From: Eledone cirrhosa
Lineage: Eukaryota
Length of the DNA: 64,000 nucleotides
Assembly: GCA_964016885.1 (NCBI GenBank)
Contig: OZ024742.1
Location: forward strand, 300,638,001 to 300,702,000
Direction of reading: 5' to 3'
Made by a program: the position numbers and the translations under genes. This document shows positions 48,801 to 63,800 of this stretch, piece by piece (the first letter of the stretch is position 1; every line of letters begins with the position of its first letter). The notes beneath the pieces were generated by a model. That model worked only from the letters and a program-made list of their open reading frames with translations. It had not been told where the DNA came from and made no database searches.

Positions 48801-51800
48801 GCAGTGATAATGGGGGTAGTAGGAGGTATTAGCAGAGATGGTATTGGTGGTGGTGGTAGTAGAGCAGTGATAATGGGGGTAGTAGGAGGTATTAGCAGAG
48901 ATGGTAGTGGTGGTGGTGGTGGTAGTGCAGTGATAATGGAGGTAGTAGGAGGTATTAGCAGAGATGATATTGGTGGTGGTGGTAGTAGAACAGTTATAAT
49001 GGAGGTAGTAGGAGGTATTAGCAGAGATGGTAGTGGTGGTGGTGGTAGTAGAGCAGTGATAATGGGGGTAGTGGGAGGTATTAGCAGAGATGGTATTGGT
49101 GGTGGTGGTAGTAGAGCAGTGATAATGGGGGTAGTAGGAGGTATTAGCAGAGATGGTAGTGGTGGTGGTGGTGGTAGTGCAGTGATAATGGAGGTAGTAG
49201 GAGGTATTAGCAGAGATGATATTGGTGGTGGTGGTAGTAGAACAGTTATAATGGAGGTAGTAGGAGGTATTAGCAGAGATGGTAGTGGTGGTGGTGGTGG
49301 TAGTAGAGCAGTGATAATGGAGGTAGTAGGAGGTATTAGCAGAGATGGTATAGGTGGTGGTGGTAGTAGAGCCGTGATAATGGGGGTAGTAGGAGGTATT
49401 AACAGAGATGGTAGTGGTGGTGGTGGTAGTAGAGCAGTGATAATGGGGGTAGTAGGAGGTATTAACAAAGATGGTAGTAGTGGTGGCGGTAGTAGAGCAG
49501 TGATAATGGGGGTAGTAGGAGGTATTAGCAGAGATGGTCCTGGTGGTGGTGGTGGTGGTAGAGCAGTAATAATGGGGGTAGTAGGAGGTATTAACAGAGA
49601 TGGTAGTGGTGGTGGTGGTAGTAGAGCAGTGATAATGGGGGTAGTAGGAGGTATTAGGAGAGATGGTGGTGGTGGTGGTAGAGCAGTGATAATGGAGGTA
49701 GTAGGAGGTATTAGCAGAGATGGTACTGGTGGTGGTGGTGGTGATAGAGCAGTAATAATGGGGGTAGTAGGGGGTATTAGCAGAGATGGTAGTGGTGGTG
49801 GTTGTAGTAGAGCAGTGATAATGGGGGTAGTATGAGGTATTAGCAGAGATGGTACTGGTGGTGGTGGTAGAGCAGTGATAATGGGGGTAGTAGGAGGTAT
49901 TAGCAGAGATGGTAGTGGTGGTGTTGGTGGTAGAGCAGTGATAATGGAGGTAGTAGGAGGTATTAGCAGAGATGGTACTGGTGGTGGTGGTGGTGGAGCA
50001 GTGATAATGGAGGTAGTAGGAGGTATTAGCAGATATGGGAGTGGTGGTGGTGGTGGTAGAGCAGTGATAATGGAGGTAGTAGGAGGTATTAGCAGAGATG
50101 GTAGTGGTGGTGTTGGTGGTAGAGCAGTGATAATGGAGGTAGTAGGAGGTATTAGATGAGATGGTACTGGTGGTGGTGGTGGTAGAGCAGTGATAATGGA
50201 GGTAGTAGGAGGTATTAGCAGAGATGGTATTGGTGGTGGTGGTAGTAGAGCAGTGATAATGGGGGTAGTATGAGGTATTAGCAGAGATGGTACTGGTGGT
50301 GGTGGTGGTAGAGCAGTGATAATGGAGGTAGTAGGAGGTATTAGCAGAGATGGTAGTGGTGGTGTTGGTGGTAGAGCAGTGATAATGGAGGTAGTAGGAG
50401 GTATTAGCAGAGATGGTACTGGTGGTGGTGGTGGTAGTAGAGCAGTGATAATGGGGGTAGTATGAGGTATTAGCAGAGATGGTACTGGTGGTGGTGGTAG
50501 TAGAGCAGTGATAATGGGGGTAGTATGAGGTATTAGCAGAGATGGTACTGGTGGTGGTGGTGGTAGGGCAGTAATAATGGGGGGTAGTAGGAGGTATTAA
50601 CAGAGATGGTAGTGGTGGTGGTGGTAGTACAGCAGTGATAATGGGGGTAGTAGGAGGTATTAACAGAGATGGTAGTGGTGGTGGTGGTAGTAGAGCAGTG
50701 ATAATGGGGGTAGTAGGAGGTATTAACAGAGATGGTACTGGTGGTGGTGGTGGTAGAGCAGTGATAATGGGGGTAGTAGGAGGTATTAGCAGAGATGGTA
50801 TTGGTGGTGGTGGTGATGGTGGTAGGGCAGTGATAATGGGGGTAGTAGGAGGTATTAACAGAGATGGTAGTGGTGGTGGTGGTGATGGTGGTAGGGCAGT
50901 GATAATGGGGTAGTAGGAGGTATTAACAGAGATGGTAGTGGTGGTGGTGGTAGTAGAGCAGTAATAATGGGGGTAGTAGGAGGTATTAGCAGAGATGGTA
51001 GTGGTGGTGGTGGTGGTAGAGCAGTGATAATGGGGGTAGTAGGAGGTATTAGCAGAGATGGTACTGGTGCTGGTGGTGGTAGAGCAGTGATAATGGGGGT
51101 AGTAGGAGGTATTAGCAGAGATGGTACTGGTGGTGGTGGTAGTAGGGCAGTGATAATGGGGGTAGTGGGAGGTATTAGCAGAGATGGTATTGGTGGTGGT
51201 GGTAGTAGAGCAGTGATAATGGGGGTAGTAGGAGGTATTAGCAGAGATGGTAGTGGTGGTGGTGGTGGTAGTGCAGTGATAATGGAGGTAGTAGGAGGTA
51301 TTAGCAGAGATGATATTGGTGGTGGTGGTAGTAGAACAGTTATAATGGAGGTAGTAGGAGGTATTAGCAGAGATGGTAGTGGTGGTGGTGGTGGTAGTAG
51401 AGCAGTGATAATGGAGGTAGTAGGAGGTATTAGCAGAGATGGTATAGGTGGTGGTGGTAGTAGAGCCGTGATAATGGGGGTAGTAGGAGGTATTAACAGA
51501 GATGGTAGTGGTGGAGGTGGTAGTAGAGCAGTGATAATGCGGGTAGTAGGAGGTATTAACAAAGATGGTAGTAGTGGTGGTGGTAGTAGAGCAGTGATAA
51601 TGGGGGTAGTAGGAGGTATTAGCAGAGATGGTCCTGGTGGTGGTGGTGGTGGTAGAGCAGTAATAATGGGGGTAGTAGGAGGTATTAACAGAGATGGTAG
51701 TGGTGGTGGTGGTAGTAGAGCAGTGATAATGGGGGTAGTAGGAGGTATTAGGAGAGATGGTGGTAGTGGTGGTAGAGCAGTGATAATGGAGGTAGTAGGA

Positions 51801-54800
51801 GGTATTAGCAGAGATGGTACTGGTGGTGGGGGTGGTAGAGCAGTGATAATGGGGGTAGTAGGAGGTATTAGCAGAGATGGTACTGGTGGTGGTGGTAGTA
51901 GAGCAGTGATAATGGTGGTAGTAGGAGGTATTAACAGAGATGGTAGTGGTGGTGGTGGCGGTAGAGCAGTAATAATGGGGGTAGTAGGAGGTATTAGCAG
52001 AGATGGTAGTGGTGGTGGTGGTGGTAGTGCAGTGATAATGGAGGTAGTAGGAGGTATTAGCAGAGATTGTAGTGGTGGTGGTGGTGGTAGTAGATCAGTG
52101 ATAATGGGGGTAGTAGGAGGTATTAGCAGAGATGGTACTGGTGGTGGTGGTGGTAGAGCAGTGATAATGGGGGTAGTAGGAGGTATTAGCAGAGATGGTA
52201 TTGGTGGTGGTGGTAGTAGAGCAGTGATAATGGGGGTAGTAGGAGGTATTAGCAGAGATGGTAGTGGTGGTGGTGGTGGTAGAGCAGTGATAATGGAGGT
52301 AGTAGGAGGTATTAGCAGAGATGGTATTGGTGGTGGTGGTAGTAGAGCAGTGATAATGGGGGTAGTAGGAGGTATTAGCAGAGATGGTAGTGGTGGTGGT
52401 GGTAGTAGAGCAGTGATAATGGAGGTAGTAGGAGGTATTAGCAGAGATGGTACTGGTGGTGGTGGTGGTAGAGCAGTGATAATGGGGGTAGTAGGAGGTA
52501 TTAGCAGAGATGGTAGTGGTGGTGGTGGTAGTAGATCAGTGATAATGGGGGTAGTAGGAGGTATTAGCAGAGATGGTACTGGTGGTGGTGGTGGTAGAGC
52601 AGTGATAATGGGGGTAGTAGGAGGTATTAGCAGAGATGGTATTGGTGGTGGTGGTAGTAGATCAGTGATAATGGGGGTAGTAGGAGGTATTAGCAGAGAT
52701 GGTAGTGGTGGTGGTGGTAGTAGAGCAGTGATAATGGGGGTAGTAGGAGGTATTAGCAGAGATGGTAGTGGTGGTGGTGGTAGTAGATCAGTGATAATGG
52801 GGGTAGTAGGAGGTATTAGCAGAGATGGTACTGGTGGTGGTGGTGGTAGAGCAGTGATAATGGGGGTAGTAGGAGGTATTAGCAGAGATGGTATTGGTGG
52901 TGGTGGTAGTAGATCAGTGATAATGGGGGTAGTAGGAGGTATTAGCAGAGATGGTAGTGGTGGTGGTGGTGGTAGAGCAGTGATAATGGAGGTAGTAGGA
53001 GGTATTAGCAGAGATGGTATTGGTGGTGGTGGTAGTAGAGCAGTGATAATGGGGGTAGTAGGAGGTATTAGCAGAGATGGTAGTGGTGGTGGTGGTAGTA
53101 GAGCAGTGATAATGGAGGTAGTAGGAGGTATTAGCAGAGATGGTACTGGTGGTGGTGGTGGTAGAGCAGTGATAATGGCGGTAGTAGGAGGTATTAGCAG
53201 AGATGGTATTGGTGGTGGTGGTAGTAGAGCAGTGATAATGGGGGTAGTAGGAGGTATTAGCAGAGATGGTAGTGGTGGTGGTGGTAGTAGAGCAGTGATA
53301 ATGGGGGTAGTAGGAGGTATTAGCAGAGATGGTACTGGTGGTGGTGGTGGTAGTAGAGCAGTGATAATGGGGGTAGTAGGAGGTATTAACAGAGATGGTA
53401 GTGGTGGTGGTGGTGGTAGTAGAGCAGTGATAATGGGGGTAGTAGGAGGTATTAGCAGAGATGGTAGTGGTGGTGGTGGTAGTAGAGCAGTGATAATGGA
53501 GGTAGTAGGAGGTATTAACAGAGATGGTACTGGTGGTGGTGGTGGTAGTAGAGCAGTGATAATGGGGGTAGTAGGAGGTATTAGCAGAGATGGTAGTGGT
53601 GGTGGTGGTAGTAGAGCAGTGATAATGGAGGTAGTAGGAGGTATTAGCAGAGTTGGTACTGGTGGTGGTGGTGGTGGTGGTCGTAGTAGAGCCGTGTTAA
53701 TGGGGGTAGTAGGAGGTGTTTGCAGAGATGGTAGTGGTGGTGGTGGTGGTAGAGCAGTGATAATGGAGGTAGTAGGAGGTATTAACAGAGATGGTAGTGG
53801 TGGTGGTGGTAGTACAGCAGTGATAATGGGGGTAGTAGGAGGTATTAACAGAGATGGTAGTGGTGGTGGTGGTAGTAGAGCAGTGATAATGGGGGTAGTA
53901 GGAGGTATTAACAAAGATGGTAGTAGTGGTGGCGGTAGTAGAGCAGTGGTAATGGGGGTAGTAGGAGGTATTAGCAGAGATGGTCCTGGTGGTGGTGGTG
54001 GTGGTAGAGCAGTAATAATGGGGGTAGTAGGAGGTATTAACAGAGATGGTAGTGGTGGTGGTGGTAGTAGAGCAGTGATAATGGGGGTAGTAGGAGGTAT
54101 TAGGAGAGATGGTGGTGGTGGTGGTAGAGCAGTGATAATGGAGGTAGTAGGAGGTATTAGCAGAGATGGTACTGGTGGTGGTGGTGGTAGAGCAGTGATA
54201 ATGGGGGTAGTAGGAGGTATTAGCAGAGATGGTACTGGTGGTGGTGGTAGTAGAGCAGTGATAATGGGGGTAGTAGGAGGTATTAACAGAGATGGTAGTG
54301 GTGGTGGTGGTAGTAGAGCAGTGATAATGGGGGTAGTAGGAGGTATTAGCAGAGATGGTGGTGGTGGTGATAGAGCAGTAATAATGGGGGTAGTAGGGGT
54401 TATTAGCAGAGATGGTAGTGGTGGTGGTGGTAGTAGAGCAGTGATAATGGGGGTAGTAGGAGGTATTAGCAGAGATGGTGGTGGTGGTAGTACAGCAGTT
54501 ATAATGGGGGTAGTAGGAGGTATTAGGAGAGATGGTGGTGGTGGTGGTAGAGCAGTGATAATGGAGGTAGTAGGAGGTATTAGCAGAAATGGTACTGGTG
54601 GTGGTGGTGGTAGAGCAGTGATAATGGGGGTAGTAGGAGGTATTAGAAGAGATGGTACTGGTGGTGGTGGTGGTAGAGCAGTGATAATGGAGGTAGTAGG
54701 AGGTATTAGCAGAGATTATATTGGTGGTGGTGGTAGTAGAGCAGTGATAATGGAGGTAGTAGGAGGTATTAGCAGAGATGGTAGTGGTGGTGGTGGTGGT

Positions 54801-57800
54801 AGAGCAGTGATAATGGAGGTAGTAGGAGGTATTAGCAGAGATTATATTGGTGGTGGTGGTAGTAGAGCAGTGATAATGGAGGTAGTAGGAGGTATTAGCA
54901 GAGATGGTAGTGGTGGTAGTAGAGCAGTGATAATGGGGGTAGTAGGAGGTATTAGCAGAGATTATATTGGTGGTGGTGGTAGTAGAGCAGTGATAATGGA
55001 GGTAGTAGGAGGTATTAGCAGAGATTATATTGGTGGGGGTGGTAGTAGAGCAGTGATAATGGAGGTAGTAGGAGGTATTAGCAGAGATGGTATTGGTGGT
55101 GGTGGTGGTAGAGCCGTGATAATGGGGGTAGTAGGGGGTATTAACAGAGATGGTAGTGGTGGTGGTGGTAGTAGAGCAGTGATAATGGGGGTAGTAGGAG
55201 GTATTAGCAGAGATGGTACTGGTGGTGGTGGTAGTAGAGCAGTGATAATGGGGGTAGTAGGAGGTATTAGCAGAGATGGTAGTGGTGGTGGTGGTGGTAG
55301 AGCAGTGATAATGGAGGTAGAAGGAGGTATTAGCAGAGATGGTAGTGGTGGTGGTGGTAGTAGAGCAGTGATAATGGGGGTAGTAGGAGGTATTAGCAGA
55401 GATGGTGGTGGTGGTGATAGAGCAGTAATAATGGGGGTAGTAGGAGGTATTAGCAGAGATGGTAGTGGTGGTGGTGGTGGTAGAGCAGTGATAATGGGGG
55501 TAGTAGGAGGTATTAGCAGAGATGGTAGTGGTGGTGGTGGTAGTAGGGCAGTGATAATGGGGGTAGTGGGAGGTATTAGCAGAGATGGTATTGGTGGTGG
55601 TGGTAGTAGAGCAGTGATAATGGGGGTAGTAGGAGGTATTAGCAGAGATGGTAGTGGTGGTGGTGGTAGTAGGGCAGTGATAATGGGGGTAGTGGGAGGT
55701 ATTAGCAGAGATGGTATTGGTGGTGGTGGTAGTAGAGCAGTGATAATGGGGGTAGTAGGAGGTATTAGCAGAGATGGTAGTGGTGGTGGTGGTGGTAGGG
55801 CAGTGATAATGGAGGTAGTAGGAGGTATTAGCAGAGATGATATTGGTGGTGGTGGTAGTAGAACAGTTATAATGGAGGTAGTAGGAGGTATTAGCAGAGA
55901 TGGTAGTGGTGGTGGTGGTGGTAGTAGAGCAGTGATATTGGAGGTAGTAGGAGGTATTAGCAGAGATGGTATAGGTGGTGGTGGTAGTAGAGCCGTGATA
56001 ATGGGGGTAGTAGGAGGTATTAACAGAGATGGTAGTGGTGGTGGTGGTAGTAGAGCAGTGATAATGGGGGTAGTAGGAGGTATTAGCAGAGATGGTAGTG
56101 GTGGTGGTGGTGGTAGTGCAGTGATAATGGAGGTAGTAGGAGGTATTAGCAGAGATGGTAGTGGTGGTGGTGGTAGTAGAGCAGTGATAATGGGGGTAGT
56201 AGGAGGTATTAACAAAGATGGTAGTAGTGGTGGCGGTAGTAGAGCAGTGATAATGGGGGTAGTAGGAGGTATTAGCAGAGATGGTCCTGGTGGTGGTGGT
56301 GGTGGTAGAGCAGTAATAATGGGGGTAGTAGGAGGTATTAACAGAGATGGTAGTGGTGGTGGTGGTAGTAGAGCAGTGATAATGGGGGTAGTAGGAGGTA
56401 TTAGGAGAGATGGTGGTGGTGGTGGTAGAGCAGTGATAATGGAGGTAGTAGGAGGTATTAGCAGAGATGGTACTGGTGGTGGTGGTGGTAGAGCAGTGAT
56501 AATGGGGGTAGTAGGAGGTATTAGCAGAGATGGTACTGGTGGTGGTGGTAGTAGAGCAGTGATAATGGGGGTAGTAGGAGGTATTAACAGAGATGGTAGT
56601 GGTGGTGGTGGTAGTAGAGCAGTGATAATGGGGGTAGTAGGAGGTATTAGCAGAGATGGTGGTGGTGGTGATAGAGCAGTAATAATGGGGGTAGTAGGGG
56701 GTATTAGCAGAGATGGTAGTGGTGGTGGTGGTAGTAGAGCAGTGATAATGGGGGTAGTAGGAGGTATTAGCAGAGATGGTGGTGGTGGTAGTACAGCAGT
56801 TATAATGGGGGTAGTAGGAGGTATTAGGAGAGATGGTGGTGGTGGTGGTAGAGCAGTGATAATGGAGGTAGTAGGAGGTATTAGCAGAAATGGTACTGGT
56901 GGTGGTGGTGGTAGAGCAGTGATAATGGGGGTAGTAGGAGGTATTAGAAGAGATGGTACTGGTGGTGGTTGTAGTAGAGCAGTGATAATGGGGGTAGTAG
57001 GAGGTATTAGAAGAGATGGTACTGGTGGTGGTGGTGGTAGAGCAGTGATAATGGAGGTAGTAGGAGGTATTAGCAGAGATTATATTGGTGGTGGTGGTAG
57101 TAGAGCAGTGATAATGGAGGTAGTAGTAGGTATTAGCAGAGATGGTAGTGGTGGTGGTGGTGGTAGAGCAGTGATAATGGAGGTAGTAGGAGGTATTAGC
57201 AGAGATGATATTGGTGGTGGTGGTAGTAGAACAGTTATAATGGAGGTAGTAGGAGGTATTAGCAGAGATGGTAGTGGTGGTGGTGGTGGTAGTAGAGCAG
57301 TGATAATGGAGGTAGTAGGAGGTATTAGCAGAGATGGTATAGGTGGTGGTGGTAGTAGAGCCGTGATAATGGGGGTAGTAGGAGGTATTAACAGAGATGG
57401 TAGTGGTGGTGGTGGTAGTAGAGCAGTGATAATGGGGGTAGTAGGAGGTATTAACAAAGATGGTAGTAGTGGTGGCGGTAGTAGAGCAGTGATAATGGGG
57501 GTAGTAGGAGGTATTAGCAGAGATGGTCCTGGTGGTGGTGGTGGTGGTAGAACAGTAATAATGGGGGTAGTAGGAGGTATTAACAGAGATGGTAGTGGTG
57601 GTGGTGGTAGTAGAGCAGTGATAATGGGGGTAGTAGGAGGTATTAGGAGAGATGGTGGTGGTGGTGGTAGAGCAGTGATAATGGAGGTAGTAGGAGGTAT
57701 TAGCAGAGATGGTACTGGTGGTGGTGGTGGTGATAGAGCAGTAATAATGGGGGTAGTAGGGGGTATTAGCAGAGATGGTAGTGGTGGTGGTTGTAGTAGA

Positions 57801-60800
57801 GCAGTGATAATGGGGGTAGTATGAGGTATTAGCAGAGATGGTACTGGTGGTGGTGGTAGAGCAGTGATAATGGGGGTAGTAGGAGGTATTAGCAGAGATG
57901 GTAGTGGTGGTGTTGGTGGTAGAGCAGTGATAATGGAGGTAGTAGGAGGTATTAGCAGAGATGGTACTGGTGGTGGTGGTGGTGGAGCAGTGATAATGGA
58001 GGTAGTAGGAGGTATTAGCAGAGATGGTAGTGGTGGTGGTGGTAGTAGAGCAGTGATAATGGAGGTAGTAGGAGGTATTAGCAGAGATGGTATTGGTGGT
58101 GGTGGTAGTAGAGCAGTGATAATGGGGGTAGTATGAGGTATTAGCAGAGATGGTACTGGTGGTGGTGGTGGTAGAGCAGTGATAATGGAGGTAGTAGGAG
58201 GTATTAGCAGAGATGGTAGTGGTGGTGTTGGTGGTAGAGCAGTGATAATGGAGGTAGTAGGAGGTATTAGCAGAGATGGTACTGGTGGTGGTGGTGGTAG
58301 TAGAGCAGTGATAATGGGGGTAGTATGAGGTATTAGCAGAGATGGTACTGGTGGTGGTGGTAGTAGAGCAGTGATAATGGGGGTAGTATGAGGTATTAGC
58401 AGAGATGGTACTGGTGGTGGTGGTGGTAGGGCAGTAATAATGGGGGGGTAGTAGGAGGTATTAACAGAGATGGTAGTGGTGGTGGTGGTAGTACAGCAGT
58501 GATAATGGGGGTAGTAGGAGGTATTAACAGAGATGGTAGTGGTGGTGGTGGTAGTAGAGCAGTGATAATGGGGGTAGTAGGAGGTATTAACAGAGATGGT
58601 ACTGGTGGTGGTGGTGGTAGAGCAGTGATAATGGGGGTAGTAGGAGGTATTAGCAGAGATGGTATTGGTGGTGGTGGTGATGGTGGTAGGGCAGTGATAA
58701 TGGGGTAGTAGGAGGTATTAACAGAGATGGTAGTGGTGGTGGTGGTGATGGTGGTAGGGCAGTGATAATGGGGTAGTAGGAGGTATTAACAGAGATGGTA
58801 GTGGTGGTGGTGGTAGTAGAGCAGTAATAATGGGGGTAGTAGGAGGTATTAGCAGAGATGGTAGTGGTGGTGGTGGTGGTAGAGCAGTGATAATGGGGGT
58901 AGTAGGAGGTATTAGCAGAGATGGTACTGGTGCTGGTGGTGGTAGAGCAGTGATAATGGGGGTAGTAGGAGGTATTAGCAGAGATGGTACTGGTGGTGGT
59001 GGTAGTAGGGCAGTGATAATGGGGGTAGTGGGAGGTATTAGCAGAGATGGTATTGGTGGTGGTGGTAGTAGAGCAGTGATAATGGGGGTAGTAGGAGGTA
59101 TTAGCAGAGATGGTAGTGGTGGTGGTGGTGGTAGTGCAGTGATAATGGAGGTAGTAGGAGGTATTAGCAGAGATGATATTGGTGGTGGTGGTAGTAGAAC
59201 AGTTATAATGGAGGTAGTAGGAGGTATTAGCAGAGATGGTAGTGGTGGTGGTGGTGGTAGTAGAGCAGTGATAATGGAGGTAGTAGGAGGTATTAGCAGA
59301 GATGGTATAGGTGGTGGTGGTAGTAGAGCCGTGATAATGGGGGTAGTAGGAGGTATTAACAGAGATGGTAGTGGTGGAGGTGGTAGTAGAGCAGTGATAA
59401 TGCGGGTAGTAGGAGGTATTAACAAAGATGGTAGTAGTGGTGGTGGTAGTAGAGCAGTGATAATGGGGGTAGTAGGAGGTATTAGCAGAGATGGTCCTGG
59501 TGGTGGTGGTGGTGGTAGAGCAGTAATAATGGGGGTAGTAGGAGGTATTAACAGAGATGGTAGTGGTGGTGGTGGTAGTAGAGCAGTGATAATGGGGGTA
59601 GTAGGAGGTATTAGGAGAGATGGTGGTAGTGGTGGTAGAGCAGTGATAATGGAGGTAGTAGGAGGTATTAGCAGAGATGGTACTGGTGGTGGGGGTGGTA
59701 GAGCAGTGATAATGGGGGTAGTAGGAGGTATTAGCAGAGATGGTACTGGTGGTGGTGGTAGTAGAGCAGTGATAATGGTGGTAGTAGGAGGTATTAACAG
59801 AGATGGTAGTGGTGGTGGTGGCGGTAGAGCAGTAATAATGGGGGTAGTAGGAGGTATTAGCAGAGATGGTAGTGGTGGTGGTGGTGGTAGTGCAGTGATA
59901 ATGGAGGTAGTAGGAGGTATTAGCAGAGATTGTAGTGGTGGTGGTGGTGGTAGTAGATCAGTGATAATGGGGGTAGTAGGAGGTATTAGCAGAGATGGTA
60001 CTGGTGGTGGTGGTGGTAGAGCAGTGATAATGGGGGTAGTAGGAGGTATTAGCAGAGATGGTAGTGGTGGTGGTTGTAGTAGAGCAGTGATAATGGGGGT
60101 AGTAGGAGGTATTAACAGAGATGGTACTGGTGGTGGTGGTGGTAGAGCAGTGATAATGGGGGTAGTAGGAGGTATTAACAGAGATGGTACTGGTGGTGGT
60201 GGTGGTAGAGCAGTGATAATGGGGGTAGTAGGAGGTATTAGCAGAGATGGTAGTGGTGGTGGTTGTAGTAGAGCAGTGATAATGGAGGTAGTAGGAGGTA
60301 CTAGCAGAGATGGTACTGGTGGTGGTGGTGGTAGAGCAGTGATAATGGGGGTAGTAGGAGGTATTAACAGAGATGGTACTGGTGGTGGTGGTGGTAGAGC
60401 AGTGATAATGGAGGTAGTAGGAGGTATTAGCAGAGATGGTATTGGTGGTGGTGGTAGTAGAGCAGTGATAATGGGGGTAGTAGGAGGTATTAGCAGAGAT
60501 GGTAGTGGTGGTGGTGGTAGTAGAGCAGTGATAATGGAGGTAGTAGGAGGTATTAGCAGAGATGGTACTGGTGGTGGTGGTGGTAGAGCAGTGATAATGG
60601 GGGTAGTAGGAGGTATTAGCAGAGATGGTACTGGTGGTGGTGGTGGTAGTAGAGCAGTGATAATGGGGGTAGTAGGAGGTATTAACAGAGATGGTAGTGG
60701 TGGTGGTGGTGGTAGTAGAGCAGTGATAATGGGGGTAGTAGGAGGTATTAGCAGAGATGGTAGTGGTGGTGGTGGTAGTAGAGCAGTGATAATGGAGGTA

Positions 60801-63800
60801 GTAGGAGGTATTAACAGAGATGGTACTGGTGGTGGTGGTGGTAGTAGAGCAGTGATAATGGGGGTAGTAGGAGGTATTAGCAGAGATGGTAGTGGTGGTG
60901 GTGGTAGTAGAGCAGTGATAATGGAGGTAGTAGGAGGTATTAGCAGAGTTGGTACTGGTGGTGGTGGTAGTAGAGCAGTGATAATGGAGGTAGTAGGAGG
61001 TGTTAGCAGAGATGGTAGTGGTGGTGGTGGTGGTGGTCGTAGTAGAGCCGTGTTAATGGGGGTAGTAGGAGGTGTTAGCAGAGATGGTAGTGGTGGTGGT
61101 GGTGGTAGAGCAGTGATAATGGAGGTAGTAGGAGGTATTAACAGAGATGGTAGTGGTGGTGGTGGTAGTACAGCAGTGATAATGGGGGTAGTAGGAGGTA
61201 TTAACAGAGATGGTAGTGGTGGTGGTGGTAGTAGAGCAGTGATAATGGGGGTAGTAGGAGGTATTAACAAAGATGGTAGTAGTGGTGGCGGTAGTAGAGC
61301 AGTGGTAATGGGGGTAGTAGGAGGTATTAGCAGAGATGGTCCTGGTGGTGGTGGTGGTGGTAGAGCAGTAATAATGGGGGTAGTAGGAGGTATTAACAGA
61401 GATGGTAGTGGTGGTGGTGGTAGTAGAGCAGTGATAATGGGGGTAGTAGGAGGTATTAGGAGAGATGGTGGTGGTGGTGGTAGAGCAGTGATAATGGAGG
61501 TAGTAGGAGGTATTAGCAGAGATGGTACTGGTGGTGGTGGTGGTAGAGCAGTGATAATGGGGGTAGTAGGAGGTATTAGCAGAGATGGTACTGGTGGTGG
61601 TGGTAGTAGAGCAGTGATAATGGGGGTAGTAGGAGGTATTAACAGAGATGGTAGTGGTGGTGGTGGTAGTAGAGCAGTGATAATGGGGGTAGTAGGAGGT
61701 ATTAGCAGAGATGGTGGTGGTGGTGATAGAGCAGTAATAATGGGGGTAGTAGGGGGTATTAGCAGAGATGGTAGTGGTGGTGGTGGTAGTAGAGCAGTGA
61801 TAATGGGGGTAGTAGGAGGTATTAGCAGAGATGGTGGTGGTGGTAGTACAGCAGTTATAATGGGGGTAGTAGGAGGTATTAGGAGAGATGGTGGTGGTGG
61901 TGGTAGAGCAGTGATAATGGAGGTAGTAGGAGGTATTAGCAGAAATGGTACTGGTGGTGGTGGTGGTAGAGCAGTGATAATGGGGGTAGTAGGAGGTATT
62001 AGAAGAGATGGTACTGGTGGTGGTTGTAGTAGAGCAGTGATAATGGGGGTAGTAGGAGGTATTAGAAGAGATGGTAGTGGTGGTGGAGGTGGTAGAGCAG
62101 TGATAATGGAGGTAGTAGGAGGTATTAGCAGAGATTATATTGGTGGTGGTGGTAGTAGAGCAGTGATAATGGAGGTAGTAGGAGGTATTAGCAGAGATTA
62201 TATTGGTGGGGGTGGTAGTAGAGCAGTGATAATGGAGGTAGTAGGAGGTATTAGCAGAGATGGTAGTGGTGGTGGTGGTGGTAGAGCAGTGATAATGGAG
62301 GTAGTAGGAGGTATTAGCAGAGATTATATTGGTGGTGGTGGTAGTAGAGCAGTGATAATGGAGGTAGTAGGAGGTATTAGCAGAGATGGTAGTGGTGGTG
62401 GTGGTGGTAGAGCAGTGATAATGGAGGTAGTAGGAGGTATTAGCAGAGATTATATTGGTGGTGGTGGTAGTAGAGCAGTGATAATGGAGGTAGTAGGAGG
62501 TATTAGCAGAGATTATATTGGTGGGGGTGGTAGTAGAGCAGTGATAATGGGGGTAGTAGGAGGTATTAGCAGAGATTATATTGGTGGTGGTGGTAGTAGA
62601 GCAGTGATAATGGAGGTAGTAGGAGGTATTAGCAGAGATGGTAGTGGTGGTGGTGGTGGTAGAGCAGTGATAATGGAGGTAGTAGGAGGTATTAGCAGAG
62701 ATTATATTGGTGGGGGTGGTAGTAGAGCAGTGATAATGGAGGTAGTAGGAGGTATTAGCAGAGATGGTATTGGTGGTGGTGGTGGTAGAGCCGTGATAAT
62801 GGGGGTAGTAGGGGGTATTAACAGAGATGGTAGTGGTGGTGGTGGTAGTAGAGCAGTGATAATGGGGGTAGTAGGAGGTATTAGCAGAGATGGTACTGGT
62901 GGTGGTGGTAGTAGAGCAGTGATAATGGGGGTAGTAGGAGGTATTAGCAGAGATGGTAGTGGTGGTGGTGGTGGTAGAGCAGTGATAATGGAGGTAGAAG
63001 GAGGTATTAGCAGAGATGGTAGTGGTGGTGGTGGTAGTAGAGCAGTGATAATGGGGGTAGTAGGAGGTATTAGCAGAGATGGTGGTGGTGGTGATAGAGC
63101 AGTAATAATGGGGGTAGTAGGAGGTATTAGCAGAGATGGTAGTGGTGGTAGTGGTAGTAGGGCAGTGATAATGGGGGTAGTGGGAGGTATTAGCAGAGAT
63201 GGTATTGGTGGTGGTGGTAGTAGAGCAGTGATAATGGGGGTAGTAGGAGGTATTAGCAGAGATGGTGGTGGTGGTGGTAGAGCAGTGATAATGGGGGTAG
63301 TAGGAGGTATTAGCAGAGATGGTAGTGGTGGTGGTGGTAGTAGGGCAGTGATAATGGGGGTAGTGGGAGGTATTAGCAGAGATGGTATTGGTGGTGGTGG
63401 TAGTAGAGCAGTGATAATGGGGGTAGTAGGAGGTATTAGCAGAGATGGTAGTGGTGGTGGTGGTAGTAGGGCAGTGATAATGGGGGTAGTGGGAGGTATT
63501 AGCAGAGATGGTATTGGTGGTGGTGGTAGTAGAGCAGTGATAATGGGGGTAGTAGGAGGTATTAGCAGAGATGGTAGTGGTGGTGGTGGTGGTAGTGCAG
63601 TGATAATGGAGGTAGTAGGAGGTATTAGCAGAGATGATATTGGTGGTGGTGGTAGTAGAACAGTTATAATGGAGGTAGTAGGAGGTATTAGCAGAGATGG
63701 TAGTGGTGGTGGTGGTGGTAGTAGAGCAGTGATATTGGAGGTAGTAGGAGGTATTAGCAGAGATGGTATAGGTGGTGGTGGTAGTAAAGCCGTGATAATG

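Noticed and set aside
45893-61270. Giant Gly-rich and Pro-rich ORFs (up to 2285 aa)
   Set aside because: They are translations of a 63-bp satellite. Both strands are open, there are scattered TGA stops and frameshifts, there is no unique domain, and the array lies in an inferred intron.
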